From positions 11,842,001 to 11,906,000 of the forward strand of contig OX597827.1 in the NCBI GenBank assembly GCA_951406725.2: a stretch of 64,000 bases of DNA. Reading direction: 5' to 3'. The notes beneath the pieces were generated by a model. That model did no database searches and was not told the DNA's origin. It saw nothing but the letters and a program-made list of their open reading frames with translations. Of this stretch, positions 62,938-64,000 are shown in pieces. Numbering within the stretch: position 1 is the first letter of the stretch; every line of letters begins with the position of its first letter. The position numbers and the translations under genes are program-made. Origin of the DNA: Octopus vulgaris. Lineage: Eukaryota.

Positions 62938-63986
62938 GGCGTGGCTGTGTAAGTAGCTTGCTTACCAACCACATGGTTCTGGGTTCAGTCCCACTGTGTG
63001 ACACCTTGGGCAAATGTCTTCTACCGTAGCCTTAAGCAGACCAAAGCCTTATGGGTGGATCTGGTAAACAGAAACTGAAAGAAGCCTGTTGTATATTAGT
63101 ATGCTCCGCTGGATGTGTAATGTCAGTGTGCCTACATGACAGAGTGTAAGCACCCAGAGAGAAAAGTGGGACATAAGAAGCATCAGATGTAGTGTGCAAG
63201 AGAGACAGCTGCTCTGGCATGGTCAAGTTTTGTGTATGGATGAGGACAGCTGTGTGAAAGGTGTCACACCCTAGCAGTAGTGGGAACCTGAGGAAGAGGT
63301 AGACCCAGGAAGACCTGGGATAAGGTGGTGAAGCCTGACCTTTGAACGCTGGGTCTCACAGAAGCGATGACATGTAACTGAAACCTTTGGAGACATGCTA
63401 TGCTTGGGAAGACCCGGTAAGCCAAGTGAGACCATGACCATGGCCTATACCAGTGCAGCATCACCGGTCTGTTTAAGAGTACCCTTCAATCATTGGGCAA
63501 CATACTATGTTTGTGAAGACCTGTTGAGCCAAGTGAAGTCATTGTTGTAGCTGATGCCAGGACCACCTGACTGGCCCTCAGGCTGATGGCATGTAAAAAG
63601 CACCCACTACACTCTCAGAGTGGTTGGTGTTGGGAAGGGCATCCAGCTGTAGAAACCTTGCCAGATCAGATTGGGGCCTGAAACAGCCTTTTGGCCTGCC
63701 AGTCCTCAGTCAAGCCATCCAACTCATACCAGCATGGAAAGCAGACGTTAAATGACGATGGTGATGATGACATGTTTGTGTGTCTGTGTTTGTCCCCCCA
63801 ACATCGCTTGACAACCGATGATGGTGTGTTTACGTCCCCGTAACTTAGCAGTTCGGCAAAAGAAACCGATGGAATAAGTACTAGGCTTACAAAGAATAAG
63901 TCCCGGGGTCGATTTGCTCGACTAAAGGCGGTGCTCCAGCATGGCCACAGTCAAATGACTGAAACAAGTAAAAGGGTAAAAGAGTA
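62938..63986 (+). mobile_element. SINE family A split by an RTE LINE insertion
   Basis: Head at 62938-63093, with body and tail at 63773-63986. Confidence 0.85.
63104..63770 (+). mobile_element. RTE-clade LINE 3' fragment (ORF end, 3' UTR and (GAT)n tail)
   Basis: IRSIRCSVQERQLLWHG...MDEDSCVK..GT*GRGRPRKTWDKVVK.DL, the GRGRPRKTW motif of RTE C-termini. Confidence 0.85.
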
Positions 63987-64000
63987 ATAAAACAACTGCT

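Overview
This is an AT-rich, microsatellite-dense animal intergenic or intronic window. The SINE types and the (TA)n/(CA)n load suggest an octopus-like cephalopod, which is an inference. I could not support any host protein-coding exon. The only intact long ORF is a Penelope-like retroelement (PLE) reverse transcriptase plus GIY-YIG endonuclease (9765-11954, minus strand). Most of the remaining sequence is three tRNA-derived SINE families, 3' ends of RTE LINEs, decayed DNA transposons (rosa-, maT- and mariner-type Tc1/mariner, hAT, Helitron, piggyBac-like MITEs) and simple repeats. The main signal lies in the first 16 kb. There, the PLE and four short fold-back elements sit in or next to (TA)n tracts and carry several different hammerhead-ribozyme motifs. 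These are a non-circularly permuted (pseudoknotted) hammerhead at 2631-2691, a head-to-head pair of minimal hammerheads at 4771-4880, a U3-A8/C13 core variant downstream of the PLE ORF at 8802-8848, and a minimal type I hammerhead at 15792-15836. A 5S rRNA-SINE chimera flanked by a single target-site duplication lies at 32144-32790. All ribozyme calls come from manual base-pairing and have not been tested.
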